NCBI GenBank assembly: GCA_964649405.1
Contig: CAZYQD010000005.1
Coordinates: 1-25,067 of the forward strand
DNA from: an uncultured Actinomycetota bacterium
GTDB taxonomy: Bacteria > Actinomycetota > Humimicrobiia > Humimicrobiales > Humimicrobiaceae
Direction of reading: 5' to 3'
Length of the DNA: 25,067 nt
The notes below the pieces were generated by a model. It was not told where the DNA came from. It saw only the letters and a list, made by a program, of their open reading frames with translations, and made no database searches. Below are positions 10,236 to 20,940 of the stretch, piece by piece; position 1 is the stretch's first letter; each line of letters starts with the position of its first letter. The position numbers and the translations under genes are program-made.

Positions 10236-10805
10236 TTATTTCCTTCCTTTTTGAGAATTCAGAACCTTTTTTAAATTTAGTAAAGCCTCATTATAATTAT
10301 TATTTACGATTATGCAATCATAATGTTTCATCTGATCAAGTTCACCCTTTGCTATCGCGAGCCTTTTCTTCATCTCTTCCGAGCTATCGGTTCCTCTTTT
10401 CCTGATCCTTTCTTCCAGTTCCTTAAGTGAAGAAGTGGTAATAAAAATTAAATAAGTCTCTTTTATTTTTTCCGCTACCTGCATGGCACCCTGCACATCT
10501 ATTACCAGGATCACATTTTTACCTTTATTTAAATTTTCATTAACGAATTCTCTGGGTGTGCCGTATTGATAGTTTGCATAGGAAGCCCATTCAAGAAGCA
10601 TATCTTTTTCTACAAGCTTATCGAATTCATCCTTACTTATAAAATGATACTGACTGCCGCTGACTTCGTCTTTTCTTCTGGGTCTGGTAGTAACAGAAAC
10701 CGATCTAATGAAATCATCGAGTTCATTTACAATATCATTTACAAGGCTGCTTTTTCCGGATCCTGAGGGTCCTGAGACAATAAATAATTTTCCTGATGAT
10801 CCCAT
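10236..10805 (-). CDS. gmk: Guanylate kinase
   Basis: VSGPSGSGKSS P-loop, SVTTRPRR, YHF, LEWA..ANYQYGT. Confidence 0.98.
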   Translation of the reverse strand: MGSSGKLFIVSGPSGSGKSSLVNDIVNELDDFIRSVSVTTRPRRKDEVSGSQYHFISKDEFDKLVEKDMLLEWASYANYQYGTPREFVNENLNKGKNVILVIDVQGAMQVAEKIKETYLIFITTSSLKELEERIRKRGTDSSEEMKKRLAIAKGELDQMKHYDCIIVNNNYNEALLNLKKVLNSQKGRK

Positions 10806-10827
10806 AAGTTATAGAAAATTTATCTGT

Positions 10828-11148
10828 CTAAGCTATTTTAAAAAAGCGGTTAAAGTTGTTTTTTTGATTTTTGCCCAGCCCGCCTACTTTTTTATTAGGG
10901 CTTATTTTTAAATCTTTTAGTATCTTTAAGGCATTTACTTTCCCGTTACCGGGTAGTGAGCTGACGAGTTCGATTACTTTCATATTTATTATATATTTTT
11001 CAAAGAGTTTGACATCTTTGAAAAGTAATCTTATCTCTGTTTTGCCCTTTTTCAGTAGTTCCTTAATTTCTGCTCTCTTTTGTCTCACCTCAAGGGCTGC
11101 CTTAAGGCCCTTTCTTCTATCTGTATCACTTAAGTTGTTTAAAGCCAT
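10828..11148 (-). CDS. mihF: Actinobacterial integration host factor (mIHF/sIHF), H2TH nucleoid-associated protein
   Basis: ALEVRQKRAEIKELLKKG...MKVIELVSSLPGNGKVNA.KI...LKISPNKKVGGLGKNQ matches the mIHF pattern; canonical position upstream of gmk. Confidence 0.88.
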   Translation of the reverse strand: MALNNLSDTDRRKGLKAALEVRQKRAEIKELLKKGKTEIRLLFKDVKLFEKYIINMKVIELVSSLPGNGKVNALKILKDLKISPNKKVGGLGKNQKNNFNRFFKIA

Positions 11149-11185
11149 AAAGCCCCCACTGACGAAAAAAAATTAGATATATTAA

Positions 11186-11214
11186 AGTATATAAATATAT
11201 GTACTTAATATCAA
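11186..11214 (-). promoter_or_regulatory. Putative sigma-A promoter of mihF-gmk-rpoZ-coaBC...
   Basis: Minus strand TTGATA (11214-11209), 17 nt, TATACT (11191-11186). Confidence 0.6.
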
Positions 11215-11227
11215 TATAATATCAATA
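11206..11227. repeat. Perfect 11-bp tandem repeat (TAATATCAATA x2)
   Basis: Directly visible at 11206-11216 and 11217-11227, overlapping the predicted -35. Confidence 0.8.
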
Positions 11228-11246
11228 TTTTTTTAAAAGATTTCCT

Positions 11247-11849
11247 TTATTTTTTCTTGCTGCCGGGGTAAATAAGAGGTAGATTCTCCCCGCAAAGTCT
11301 GCAATGGGAAGGCTCGTATTTATCGATTGCAAGCTTGATCAAATAATAATACGGGTATTCGAATTCGAGTTTTTCCGAACGATCAACAATGCTTATTATT
11401 GCTTTTACTTTTGCATTATTTTCCCTGCATATTTCTAAAACTTCCTTTACCGATCCTCCGGTAGTTATGACATCTTCGGCAACTATAACATTGGTACCCG
11501 GGTGTATCTCGAATCCGCGTCTCAGTTCCATATTTTCGTTTTTTCTTTCGGTAAATATCATCCGGCAACCTGCAGCATAAGCAATCATGTATCCCCAAAG
11601 AATGCCTCCTATTGCCGGAGATACCACCGCATCTATACTTCCTGTATCGATATCCTTTTTCATTATTTCAAGAGCTTTGCGGGCAAGCTTAAGGGTGATG
11701 TCGGGGAATTGCAGAAGGCGCGCGCACTGAAGATAATACTTGCTGTGATAGCCGGAGGTCAATTTGAAATGGCCCTCCATTATCGATCCCGTATCTTTGA
11801 GTATTCCGTAAACATCAAGTCCCTCAACCTGACTGATTACCTTAAGCAT
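11247..11849 (-). CDS. pyrE: Orotate phosphoribosyltransferase
   Basis: GHFKLTSGYHSKYYLQCA, PRPP-binding loop VIVAEDVITTGGS; last gene of the pyr cluster. Confidence 0.96.
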   Translation of the reverse strand: MLKVISQVEGLDVYGILKDTGSIMEGHFKLTSGYHSKYYLQCARLLQFPDITLKLARKALEIMKKDIDTGSIDAVVSPAIGGILWGYMIAYAAGCRMIFTERKNENMELRRGFEIHPGTNVIVAEDVITTGGSVKEVLEICRENNAKVKAIISIVDRSEKLEFEYPYYYLIKLAIDKYEPSHCRLCGENLPLIYPGSKKK

Positions 11850-12585
11850 TATTTGTGGCCCTTTCTATTTCTTTTAAATATAAATCTATAGTTTTACCGG
11901 TATCTTTGCTTCCTGTTATGGAACGGCCGACAATGATAAAATCCGCTCCATTTGCTATTGCTTCCGCCGGGGTGCTTATCCTTTTCTGATCACCTTTTGC
12001 ATCCTGGGACAATCTGATGCCGGGGGTCGCAATATAAAAACCTGTACCGAATTTTTTTCTTACCTTCTCCACTTCGTTGGGTGAACATATCACTCCATCC
12101 ATTCCTGCATCCAGCGCAATTTTAGTCAAATTGAAAACAGAATGATAAAAATCTTCCTTAAATCCAAGGCTCTTAAGATCACTATCGTCAAGACTGGTTA
12201 GAATGGTCACACCGAAAAGAAGGGGTCTGGATCTGGTATTTGATTTTGCCTGTTCTTCAAGCATTACTCTCGTCTTCTTAAGCATCTGCAAACCACCAAG
12301 AGCATGTATCGTTACCGCACTTGCACCAAGATCCCCTATGGCTCTGGCAGCTTTCTCCACCGTATTTGGTATATCCAGAAGTTTTGCATCAAGCATTACC
12401 CTGTATCCAAAACTTTTTACGGTGCCGATCACATCAAGCCCAACGCTGTATATCAATTCCAGTCCTATTTTCAAAGTGGAAACTTTCCCGTCAATCTTTT
12501 TGCATAAACTTATAACATCACTTTTTTTGCTGGTATCTATACTTATTATCAGCCTGTCTTTTGGTAAAAGTTTTTTGCCTTTCAA
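11842..12585 (-). CDS. pyrF: Orotidine-5'-phosphate decarboxylase
   Basis: DAKLLDIPNTV (DxKxxDIPNT), TPGIR, DQKR, IIVGRSI; TTG start overlapping the pyrD stop. Confidence 0.97.
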   Translation of the reverse strand: MKGKKLLPKDRLIISIDTSKKSDVISLCKKIDGKVSTLKIGLELIYSVGLDVIGTVKSFGYRVMLDAKLLDIPNTVEKAARAIGDLGASAVTIHALGGLQMLKKTRVMLEEQAKSNTRSRPLLFGVTILTSLDDSDLKSLGFKEDFYHSVFNLTKIALDAGMDGVICSPNEVEKVRKKFGTGFYIATPGIRLSQDAKGDQKRISTPAEAIANGADFIIVGRSITGSKDTGKTIDLYLKEIERATNNA

Positions 12586-13556
12586 GTCCTGATCCTTCCG
12601 ATCACTTCGTTGATATCGTAAATCTTTCTTGATTCGAGAAAATTCCTTAAACCCTCTATTATCTTTTTTCCCGCATCATATTGTATAAAGTTTACGGTAC
12701 CTATACCCACCGCGCTGGCACCGACCACCAGAAATTCCAGGGCATCTTCCCAGTTAAAAATACCACCCATCCCAATTACTGGCAGAATTTTTTCACGCGC
12801 CAGGCAGTACACTTTTGCCAGGGCGATGGGCTTCACTGCAGGACCGGAAAGGCCCCCCAGGACATTGCCCAATCCCGGCCTGAATGTCTTTATATCCACT
12901 GCCATACCAACAACGGTATTTATAATGGATACTGCCTGAGCCCCTCCTTCTTTTGCGGCTGCTGCCGCTTCGATTATATTATCCTGATTGGGACTAAGCT
13001 TCGCTATAATGGGAATACTTAAGATATGTCCGACCGAACTTACGATTTCCTTCACTGCATCCGGAACGGCGCTAAATGCCATTCCTCCTTTCTTGATATT
13101 TGGACACGAAAGATTAAGTTCCACAGCAATTATTTTTTCTTTGATGTCTTCGATTTTTAAAATCCTGTATGCTATCTTATCGAACTCCTGCTGGTCCTGC
13201 CCGAATATACTTAATATGATTTTTATTCCCAGTTTTTCGGCCTCGGGCAGATCCTTCTTTATGAATACATCTATCCCATCATTTTGAAGTCCTATGGAAT
13301 TAAGCATCCCCGAAGCAGTCTCGCAGATCCTTGGCAGAGGATTTCCTTCCATTGGCTCGAGTGAATAGCTTTTAGTGGTCACTGCTCCCAGAATGGCAGT
13401 ATTATAAAACCGATTGTATTCCACTCCGCAACCAAAAGTACCGGAACATGCAATTACCGGATTTTCAAGCTTTATTTTTCCAAGCCGGACAGATAGATTG
13501 ATTCCGCTTCCCGGTCTTGCTGGTTCCTCCGAAAACAAGCCTTTTTGCTCAGTCAA
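12582..13556 (-). CDS. pyrD: Dihydroorotate dehydrogenase family 1B, catalytic subunit (324 aa; start corrected from the ORF track's 13688)
   Basis: NPVIACSGTFG, ELNLSCPN (catalytic Cys), GGLSGPAVKP. A GGAGGTG Shine-Dalgarno inside the pyrK 3' end precedes the in-frame TTG at 13556, which avoids a 140-nt overlap with pyrK. Confidence 0.93.
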   Translation of the reverse strand: MTEQKGLFSEEPARPGSGINLSVRLGKIKLENPVIACSGTFGCGVEYNRFYNTAILGAVTTKSYSLEPMEGNPLPRICETASGMLNSIGLQNDGIDVFIKKDLPEAEKLGIKIILSIFGQDQQEFDKIAYRILKIEDIKEKIIAVELNLSCPNIKKGGMAFSAVPDAVKEIVSSVGHILSIPIIAKLSPNQDNIIEAAAAAKEGGAQAVSIINTVVGMAVDIKTFRPGLGNVLGGLSGPAVKPIALAKVYCLAREKILPVIGMGGIFNWEDALEFLVVGASAVGIGTVNFIQYDAGKKIIEGLRNFLESRKIYDINEVIGRIRT

Positions 13557-14343
13557 AAAGCACCTCCCCAAGGTCGAATGCGGGTCCATCCTCACAGACT
13601 TTCTGATAAGAAAATCCTTTGCTGCCTTTTCTGATTTTAACAACACATCCGGCGCACACTCCAACCCCACATGCCATTCTCTCTTCAAGAAAGGCAGTTA
13701 CTTTATTTTTTTTATTCTTGTAAATATTTTGCAATGTCTTGAGCATATCCCTGGGTCCGCAGCAGTAAACATCATAATTTTCAAACATTTTTAAATTGTC
13801 CCATATGTAATCCGAGATCAGACCTTTCTCTCCCCAGGATCCATCCTCGGTCATCACGGCATAGTTTATTTTCAGCCGGATCAAATCTTTTTCCCATCTC
13901 AGGAAAGTATTATCTTTGAATCCTGCCGCAAAGAATACGTTATTTTTCATTTTGACCGCAATCTTTGCGATGAGATTTAGGGGGACTATACCTATACCAC
14001 CACCGATAAGAAGCATGTTTGCTCCGCTGCTTGCCAGATCAACTGCTTTTCCCAGGGGACCTGCAAAATCAAGCATGGCTCCACGTTCCAGCCGGGAGAT
14101 AAACTGGGTTCCTCTTCCCCTTAAAAGATATAATAATGAAAAAACATTGAATTTTTTTTCAATATCGAAAATCGCAAAGGGTCTTCTCAGGAAGGGATCA
14201 AGGGATTCTTCGTAAGAACATTTCACATTTATAAACTGACCCGGCTGCGCATTTTTACATATATACGGCGAAAAAATCTCCATCTTATAAAGATTGTCGC
14301 CATATCTTTCATTAGACAGTATTTCTCCACTTAAAAGTTTCAT
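13549..14343 (-). CDS. pyrK: Dihydroorotate dehydrogenase 1B electron-transfer subunit
   Basis: PGQF, LRRPF, GGGIGIVP, CGP and the [2Fe-2S] motif EERMACGVGVCAGC...VCEDGP; adjacent to pyrD. Confidence 0.95.
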   Translation of the reverse strand: MKLLSGEILSNERYGDNLYKMEIFSPYICKNAQPGQFINVKCSYEESLDPFLRRPFAIFDIEKKFNVFSLLYLLRGRGTQFISRLERGAMLDFAGPLGKAVDLASSGANMLLIGGGIGIVPLNLIAKIAVKMKNNVFFAAGFKDNTFLRWEKDLIRLKINYAVMTEDGSWGEKGLISDYIWDNLKMFENYDVYCCGPRDMLKTLQNIYKNKKNKVTAFLEERMACGVGVCAGCVVKIRKGSKGFSYQKVCEDGPAFDLGEVLFD

Positions 14344-17300
14344 TTAATAGTATTCCTGTATAGGTTTAACCTTGACTTTAGAGTTATATTTCATTTCTTT
14401 TATCCCCTGGACCAGAGCGAGAGCCCCGGATATTGTGGTAACCGATGGTACATTATGAAGGACCGCTGCGGTTCTAAGATAATATCCGTCGCTCCTGGCA
14501 ACGCTTCCCTCCGGAGTATTTATGATGAGGTCGATCTCCCCGTTTTTTATCATATCCAGGACATTGGGTCTTCCTTCTCTGATCTTTGGAACCTTCTGGC
14601 ATTTTATTCCTTTTTCTTCCAAAACATCGCCGGTTCCCGTTGTTGAGATTATATTAAAACCGAACTGCGCCAGTTTACTGGCTATTCCGATTATATCATC
14701 CTTGTCCTTATCATTTACGCTTATAAAAACTGAACCCGAAACCGGAAACACCTGATTGGTAGCGATCTGGGTTTTTGCAAATGCAATTCCAAAACTGCTG
14801 TCTATGCCCATAACCTCTCCGGTAGATTTCATCTCTGGACCAAGGACGGTATCTACACCAGGGAATCTATTAAATGGCAGCACCGCTTCCTTGATGCTGT
14901 AATATTTTAACCTTGTGGGATCGATTCTTTTGAAATCCATACTCTTTAATTTCCTGCCGGTCATCACAAGTGCGGCTATCTTTGCAAGGGGGACACCTAT
15001 GGATTTGCTTACGAATGGAACCGTTCGCGAAGCACGGGGGTTGGCTTCCAGCACATAAACAACGGAATCTTTTACTGCATACTGGATATTCATGAGCCCC
15101 ACCACTTTTAGTTCTTTTGCCATCCGGTAGGTATGGTCCTTGATCACTTCTATTATCTTTTTACTTAACGTAAAAGGCGGCATCACGCAGGCGCTGTCAC
15201 CCGAATGTATTCCAGCTTCTTCTATGTGTTCCATGATCCCGCCGATAAAGAGCTCTTTTCCGTCATAGATTGCATCGACATCGACCTCGATCGCCCGCTC
15301 CAGAAATTTATCTATAAGTACCGGCCTGTCATTGGATACAACCGTCGCATTTTTGACATAATCGATAAGAGTTTCTTCATTATAGACTATATTCATAGCT
15401 CTTCCTCCCAGTACGTAAGAGGGTCTCACCAGTACCGGGTAACCTATTCTTATGGCTATCTTTTTTGCCTCATCAACATTCATAGCGGTTCCGTTCTCGG
15501 CCTGGGGGATATCTAACTTTCCAAGCATAACCCCGAACCTTTTACGGTCCTCGGCAAGATCTATGCTATCGGGTGATGTACCTAAAATGTTTATACCAGC
15601 CTTTTGCAGCCTCAGGGCAAGTTTCAGAGGAGTCTGTCCTCCAAACTGCACTATCACTCCATAAGGTTTTTCGGCTTCTACGATATTTAAAACATCCTCG
15701 AATGTCAGCGGCTCGAAATACAGCCTGTCCGACGTATCGTAATCGGTGCTCACGGTTTCAGGATTGCAGTTAACCATTATGGTCTCGAAACTCGCGTCGT
15801 GCAGGGCAAAAGAAGCATGTACGCAACAGTAATCGAACTCTATTCCCTGTCCGATGCGGTTGGGCCCGCTGCCAAGGATCACTATTTTCTTTTTTGTCGC
15901 AGGTAAAATCTCATCCTCGGTCTCATAAGTTGAATAATAATAGGGAGTATAAGCCTCGAATTCGGCAGCGCAGGTATCCACGGTTTTAAAAGTAGCAGTC
16001 ACTCTCATCTTCTTCCGCAAGGCTCTTATTTTATCCTCGCTGCAATTGCAGAGATAACCCAGCTGTCTATCCGAATAACCGTATCTTTTAGCCTTATAAA
16101 GCAGCTCTCTGGTTATATTTCCCGGTTCGCGGCCCTCAAAGACCTTTTCAAATTCCACCAACTGCTTTATATTATTCAAAAACCAGGGATCTATTCTGGT
16201 GTACCTGTATATATCCTCGACACTTCTTCCCTGTTCGAATGCAAACTTTATATAGAACACACGGTCCTGATTGGGCACGGAAAGTTTTTTACCCAGCAGT
16301 TCCTCGCTCGTATCATTCACTCCATCTGCTCCCAGCCCATACCGGTCAATTTCCAGGGACCTGATTGATTTTTGAAGAGCTTCTTTAAAGGTCCTCCCGA
16401 TTGCCATAACCTCGCCAACCGACTTCATCCTCGTGGTAAGACTTATATCCGTTCCGGGGAATTTTTCAAAGGCCCACCTGGGGAATTTTACCACCACATA
16501 ATCGATGGAAGGTTCGAAGCAAGCCGGGGTCTTTTTGGTGATATCATTGGGTATCTCGTCAAGGGTATAACCCACTGCAAGCTTGGTAGCAATTTTTGCA
16601 ATCGGAAATCCGGTAGCCTTGGATGCCAGAGCGCTGCTCCTGGAAACCCTGGGATTCATCTCGATTACCGCCATCTTCCCGTTTTCTGGATTTATGGCGA
16701 ACTGTATATTGGAACCTCCGGTTTCCACTCCAATCTCTCTTATAACAGCCAGGGCGGCGTTCCTCATTACCTGATATTCCTCATCGGTTAAAGTCTGAGC
16801 TGGAGCCACTGTAATGCTGTCTCCGGTATGCACTCCCATAGGATCGAAGTTTTCTATGGAGCAGACTATAACCACATTGTCATTTTTATCCCTCATAACC
16901 TCAAGCTCATATTCCTTCCAGCCCGCTACCGATTTTTCCACGAGCACTTCCGATATAGGAGAAAGATCGAGCCCTCTCGTAACTACATCGGTAAATTCCT
17001 CTTTATTGAATGCCACACCTCCGCCCAGGCCTCCCAGGGTAAAACTGGGCCTCACAACCAGCGGAAACCTTAACCTGCGGCTGAATTCCAGTGCTTCATT
17101 AAGGCTGTGCGCATATCCGCTTGGAGGAACGTAAAGCCCGATGTTTGCCATGGATTTTTTAAATTTTTCCCTGTCTTCAGCTTTATTTATGGCTTCTACA
17201 TCCGCTCCTATAAGTTCCACCCCGTATTTTGAAAGGACCTTTTCCTTTGCCAGCATAACCGCTATGTTCAGTCCGGTCTGTCCTCCCAGAGTAGGAAGGA

Positions 17301-17556
17301 TTGCATCAGGCCTTTCCCTTTTTATGATCTTTTCAACAAATTCAGGACTTAACGGTTCGATATATGTCCTGTCCGCAAACTCCGGGTCAGTCATAATAGT
17401 GGCAGGATTACTGTTTACTAAAATTACCTTATATCCTTCTTCCTTTAATACCTTACACCCTTGAGTTCCTGAATAATCGAACTCGCATGCCTGCCCTATC
17501 ACTATTGGGCCCGATCCTATTATCATTATTTTTTTTATATCTTTTCTTCTGGGCAT
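14344..17556 (-). CDS. carB: Carbamoyl-phosphate synthase large subunit
   Basis: [18 protein letters not shown], two ATP-grasp halves ([11 protein letters not shown]; EANPRASRT), C-terminal MGS domain; 1070 aa. Confidence 0.99.
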   Translation of the reverse strand: MPRRKDIKKIMIIGSGPIVIGQACEFDYSGTQGCKVLKEEGYKVILVNSNPATIMTDPEFADRTYIEPLSPEFVEKIIKRERPDAILPTLGGQTGLNIAVMLAKEKVLSKYGVELIGADVEAINKAEDREKFKKSMANIGLYVPPSGYAHSLNEALEFSRRLRFPLVVRPSFTLGGLGGGVAFNKEEFTDVVTRGLDLSPISEVLVEKSVAGWKEYELEVMRDKNDNVVIVCSIENFDPMGVHTGDSITVAPAQTLTDEEYQVMRNAALAVIREIGVETGGSNIQFAINPENGKMAVIEMNPRVSRSSALASKATGFPIAKIATKLAVGYTLDEIPNDITKKTPACFEPSIDYVVVKFPRWAFEKFPGTDISLTTRMKSVGEVMAIGRTFKEALQKSIRSLEIDRYGLGADGVNDTSEELLGKKLSVPNQDRVFYIKFAFEQGRSVEDIYRYTRIDPWFLNNIKQLVEFEKVFEGREPGNITRELLYKAKRYGYSDRQLGYLCNCSEDKIRALRKKMRVTATFKTVDTCAAEFEAYTPYYYSTYETEDEILPATKKKIVILGSGPNRIGQGIEFDYCCVHASFALHDASFETIMVNCNPETVSTDYDTSDRLYFEPLTFEDVLNIVEAEKPYGVIVQFGGQTPLKLALRLQKAGINILGTSPDSIDLAEDRKRFGVMLGKLDIPQAENGTAMNVDEAKKIAIRIGYPVLVRPSYVLGGRAMNIVYNEETLIDYVKNATVVSNDRPVLIDKFLERAIEVDVDAIYDGKELFIGGIMEHIEEAGIHSGDSACVMPPFTLSKKIIEVIKDHTYRMAKELKVVGLMNIQYAVKDSVVYVLEANPRASRTVPFVSKSIGVPLAKIAALVMTGRKLKSMDFKRIDPTRLKYYSIKEAVLPFNRFPGVDTVLGPEMKSTGEVMGIDSSFGIAFAKTQIATNQVFPVSGSVFISVNDKDKDDIIGIASKLAQFGFNIISTTGTGDVLEEKGIKCQKVPKIREGRPNVLDMIKNGEIDLIINTPEGSVARSDGYYLRTAAVLHNVPSVTTISGALALVQGIKEMKYNSKVKVKPIQEYY

Positions 17557-17572
17557 AAATTTCTTTCTTCTT

Positions 17573-18670
17573 TTAGTTAAAACTATCTATGATCTCTGCA
17601 AACCTGCCAAATATATATCTGGCATCATGGGGACCGGGACCCGCTTCAGGATGGTGCTGCACCGTAAGCGCGCCTATCCCGGGATACTCTATGCCCTCTA
17701 TAGTGTTATCATTTAAATTGAGGTGTGTCACCCTGTAACCGGTAACTTTAATGTTTTTAAGCGAACCGATATCCACTGCAAATCCATGATTCTGGGTCGT
17801 TACCTCCACTTCACCACTATCTAGATTTTTAACCGGATGGTTTGCCCCATGGTGGCCGAATTTCAATTTATAAGTTTTAGCTCCAAGAGCAAGTGCAAGA
17901 AGCTGATGCCCCAGACAGATTCCAAACAGTGGTTTTTTCCCTATAAGTTCCCTGATACCGGAAATAGCATAATTTACCGCTGCCGGGTCTCCCGGACCAT
18001 TTGATAGAAGAACTCCGTCAGGATTCATCTCAAGAACCTTTTTGGGATCCGTGAATGCCGGAACCACTTCTACTTTAAAACCGGCATCGGACAGACACCT
18101 TAAGATATTTAATTTTACTCCGTAATCATATACTACCACTCTGTGCCTGTAGCTCTTCTTTCCTGGATTGAAAATATAGGGTTTTCTGCAGGTGACAAAA
18201 TCTACCAGGTTCCTTCCTACCATATCAGGGAAACTTTTTAATTTCTGAAGCAAGATTTTATCGTCAAAGGTTGCCGTGGAGATTATACCCTTCATAGCCC
18301 CTTCGACTCTTATGTGCCTCGTCAACTGTCTGGTATCGATCTCCGAAATGCCAATAATCCTATAATTCTTAAGATACAACTCCAGGCTTTCATCGGCCCG
18401 CCAGTTACTATAATACGGAAGATACTCTCTTACAATAAAGCCCTTTACCTGGACCCTATCCGATTGTATGTCCTTGCCATTTGTTCCATAGTTTCCTATC
18501 TGAGGATAGGTCATAGTGACAATCTGCTCGCAGTAAGAAGGGTCAGTTATAATTTCCTGATAACCGGTCATCGAAGTATTAAAAACTACCTCCCCTATCA
18601 CTTCTCCGGAGCAGCCAAAATTAATACCTTCGAATATTTTCCCATCTTCTAGCATAAGTATTGCTTTCAA
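17573..18670 (-). CDS. carA: Carbamoyl-phosphate synthase small subunit
   Basis: [40 protein letters not shown]; TTG start overlapping the pyrC stop. Confidence 0.99.
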   Translation of the reverse strand: MKAILMLEDGKIFEGINFGCSGEVIGEVVFNTSMTGYQEIITDPSYCEQIVTMTYPQIGNYGTNGKDIQSDRVQVKGFIVREYLPYYSNWRADESLELYLKNYRIIGISEIDTRQLTRHIRVEGAMKGIISTATFDDKILLQKLKSFPDMVGRNLVDFVTCRKPYIFNPGKKSYRHRVVVYDYGVKLNILRCLSDAGFKVEVVPAFTDPKKVLEMNPDGVLLSNGPGDPAAVNYAISGIRELIGKKPLFGICLGHQLLALALGAKTYKLKFGHHGANHPVKNLDSGEVEVTTQNHGFAVDIGSLKNIKVTGYRVTHLNLNDNTIEGIEYPGIGALTVQHHPEAGPGPHDARYIFGRFAEIIDSFN

Positions 18671-19971
18671 GATTGCACGCTCCTATAAACCAGTTTCCCC
18701 TTGCTTATTGTGCAGACTATTTTCCCCTTCAGCTTCTGTCCTATAAAAGCACTGTTCTTACTTTTAGATATAAAGCTTTCCCTCTTTATCTCTTCTTCTG
18801 CGTCCGTATCTATAACCGTGATATTTGCAATTTTTCCCACCTCTATTTTTCCTGCATCGATACCAAGTATCTTTGCAGGTGAAACAGTAATCAAGTTTAC
18901 CAACCGGGAGATACTCATCTTTTCTTCACCGCATAATTTTGTGAAAGCTGCCGCAAATAACGTCTCAAGTCCGATTGTCCCAAAACTTGCAAGTTTGAAA
19001 GTAGTATTTTTTTCGGTATCCAGGTGAGGCGCATGATCGCTTGCTATTGCATCGATAACTCCCTCTTTTAGGCCGCTTATCAGCGCCAGTCTGTCTTCCT
19101 CGCTTCTAATCGGGGGCTTAACCTTCAAGTTTGTATTAAAGGATATAAGATAGCTGTCGTTAAAGAACAGGTGATGAGGGGTCACATCGCAGGTTATTTT
19201 CAGTCCTTCTTCCCTGGCTTTTTTTATCATTTCCACTCCGCCCCTGGTACTTAAATGAGTTATATGGATCCTTGCACCGCTTTTTTTTGCAAGCATTATA
19301 TCCCTGGCTATCATCACATCTTCGCCTAAAGCTGATGTCCCTTCAAGTCCCAGCATAGATGAATAATATCCTTCATGCATGAGACCTCCTTCTGACATAA
19401 AGTAGTCTTCCTCATGCAGTATCAGGGGAAGCCCAAACTGTGTGGAATATCTCATGATCTCATACATCACCCTGCTATCAGCCACGCATTTTCCATCATC
19501 GGAAAAACCAACCGCGCCTGCTTCGGAAAGGATTCCCATCTCGGTAATAGCTTTGCCTTTAAGGTCCTTCGTCATTGCAGCCACCGGCAGTATCCTGCAG
19601 GCTGCATCCTGCGATTTTTCCAGAATATATTTGACGAGAGCATCACTGTCTATTGCGGGATTTGTATTGGGCATGCATGCGACAGTGGTTATTCCTCCCT
19701 TTACTGCAGCAAGTGCTCCGGTTTCGATGGTTTCCTCATCCTCGAACCCCGGATCGCGCAGATGGACATGCATATCCACAAATCCCGGTGAAACTATAAA
19801 GCCCTTCGCATTTATCTTAGTGACATCATCCCCGCCAGCTTTTATATTTTCTTTGATTCCGGTAACAATCCCGTCTTTTATATAAATATCTGAAACTAAT
19901 TCCTTGCCCTTCTCAGGGTCAATTATCGTGCCCGACTTTATAAGTATGTTCTTTTTATCATCCTTAACCAT
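18667..19971 (-). CDS. pyrC: Dihydroorotase (long, type I)
   Basis: DMHVHLRDPG, MPNTNP, HITHLS, DVTPHHL, IASDHAPH. Confidence 0.97.
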   Translation of the reverse strand: MVKDDKKNILIKSGTIIDPEKGKELVSDIYIKDGIVTGIKENIKAGGDDVTKINAKGFIVSPGFVDMHVHLRDPGFEDEETIETGALAAVKGGITTVACMPNTNPAIDSDALVKYILEKSQDAACRILPVAAMTKDLKGKAITEMGILSEAGAVGFSDDGKCVADSRVMYEIMRYSTQFGLPLILHEEDYFMSEGGLMHEGYYSSMLGLEGTSALGEDVMIARDIMLAKKSGARIHITHLSTRGGVEMIKKAREEGLKITCDVTPHHLFFNDSYLISFNTNLKVKPPIRSEEDRLALISGLKEGVIDAIASDHAPHLDTEKNTTFKLASFGTIGLETLFAAAFTKLCGEEKMSISRLVNLITVSPAKILGIDAGKIEVGKIANITVIDTDAEEEIKRESFISKSKNSAFIGQKLKGKIVCTISKGKLVYRSVQS

Positions 19972-20017
19972 TTGCTATCACCCGTTACCATTAACCATAA
20001 TAATCTCTAACCTGATA

Positions 20018-20938
20018 TCAACCGAGTATCAAATAAAGTATTGCCATTCTTATTGCCACTCCATAAGTCACCTGCTCTTCGATTGCAATCTTTTCTCCCA
20101 GTTTGCCGCTGGCATCCATGACTTCATCTGTGATCTCTATTCCCCTGTTTACCGGCCCCGGATGCATTACCACCGATCCCGGTTTCATCATCCCGAGCCT
20201 TTTCATATCCAGTGTCAGGAATCTGTTATATTCCATCACCGAGGGGTAAAATTTCCTGTCCTGTCTTTCAAACTGCATCCTAAGCATATATAAAATATCC
20301 GTATCCTCGATGACCTCATCGATATTGTGTCTTACCTTCATTTTCGAGTAGTCTTCGGGAAGAAGCATCGTCGGAGCCACTATGGTCACATCCATCCCCA
20401 TCTTTTCGAATAAATCCATATCCGACCTTGCCACCCTGCTGTCCAGGAAATCTCCCACGATTGCCACTTTAAGTCCCTCGAATTTTCCGAATCTTTTCTT
20501 TATGGTGTAGAGGTCAAGCAGAGCCTGTGTCGGATGCTGGTATTTGCCGTCTCCTGCATTTATTACGGGAACATCCACAAACCTTTTTATCATCTTAGCC
20601 GTTCCGCTGTCGCTGTGTCTTATGACGATAAGATCAACATTCATCGAAAGTATGGTTTTAAGGGTATCGATTATAGATTCACCTTTTTTAAGACTGCTGG
20701 CGGACGAGGAAAAATTGATTATGTCTGCACTTAGCCTTTTGGCCGCAATCTCGAACGAGGTTTTTGTCCTCGTGCTCGCTTCGAAAAATAAATTAACGAC
20801 CGTTTTACCGCGCAGAGTCGGAACTTTCTTTACATCCCTTCTTGATATTTCAAGAAAAGAATCGGCATTCGAAAGTATAAGATTTATATCTTCCGGTTCA
20901 AGGCTGCCTGCATCCAGTATACTTTTTTTACCAAGCAT
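20018..20938 (-). CDS. pyrB: Aspartate carbamoyltransferase catalytic subunit
   Basis: FFEASTRT, SSLKKGES, HPTQALLD, MHPGPVNRG. Confidence 0.98.
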   Translation of the reverse strand: MLGKKSILDAGSLEPEDINLILSNADSFLEISRRDVKKVPTLRGKTVVNLFFEASTRTKTSFEIAAKRLSADIINFSSSASSLKKGESIIDTLKTILSMNVDLIVIRHSDSGTAKMIKRFVDVPVINAGDGKYQHPTQALLDLYTIKKRFGKFEGLKVAIVGDFLDSRVARSDMDLFEKMGMDVTIVAPTMLLPEDYSKMKVRHNIDEVIEDTDILYMLRMQFERQDRKFYPSVMEYNRFLTLDMKRLGMMKPGSVVMHPGPVNRGIEITDEVMDASGKLGEKIAIEEQVTYGVAIRMAILYLILG

Positions 20939-20940
20939 AT

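Noticed and set aside
11209-11232. Resemblance to the E. coli IHF consensus WATCAANNNNTTR
   Set aside because: The match is imperfect, and mIHF is unrelated to proteobacterial IHF.
13557-13688. 44-aa N-terminal extension of PyrD in the ORF track
   Set aside because: It overlaps the pyrK 3' end; a strong SD and TTG at 13556 explain the real start.
19972-19998. Mini-ORF MVNGNG* in frame with and upstream of pyrC
   Set aside because: Six codons, no convincing RBS and no pyrimidine-related codon pattern; the stretch holds the pyrC RBS (GGGTGA).
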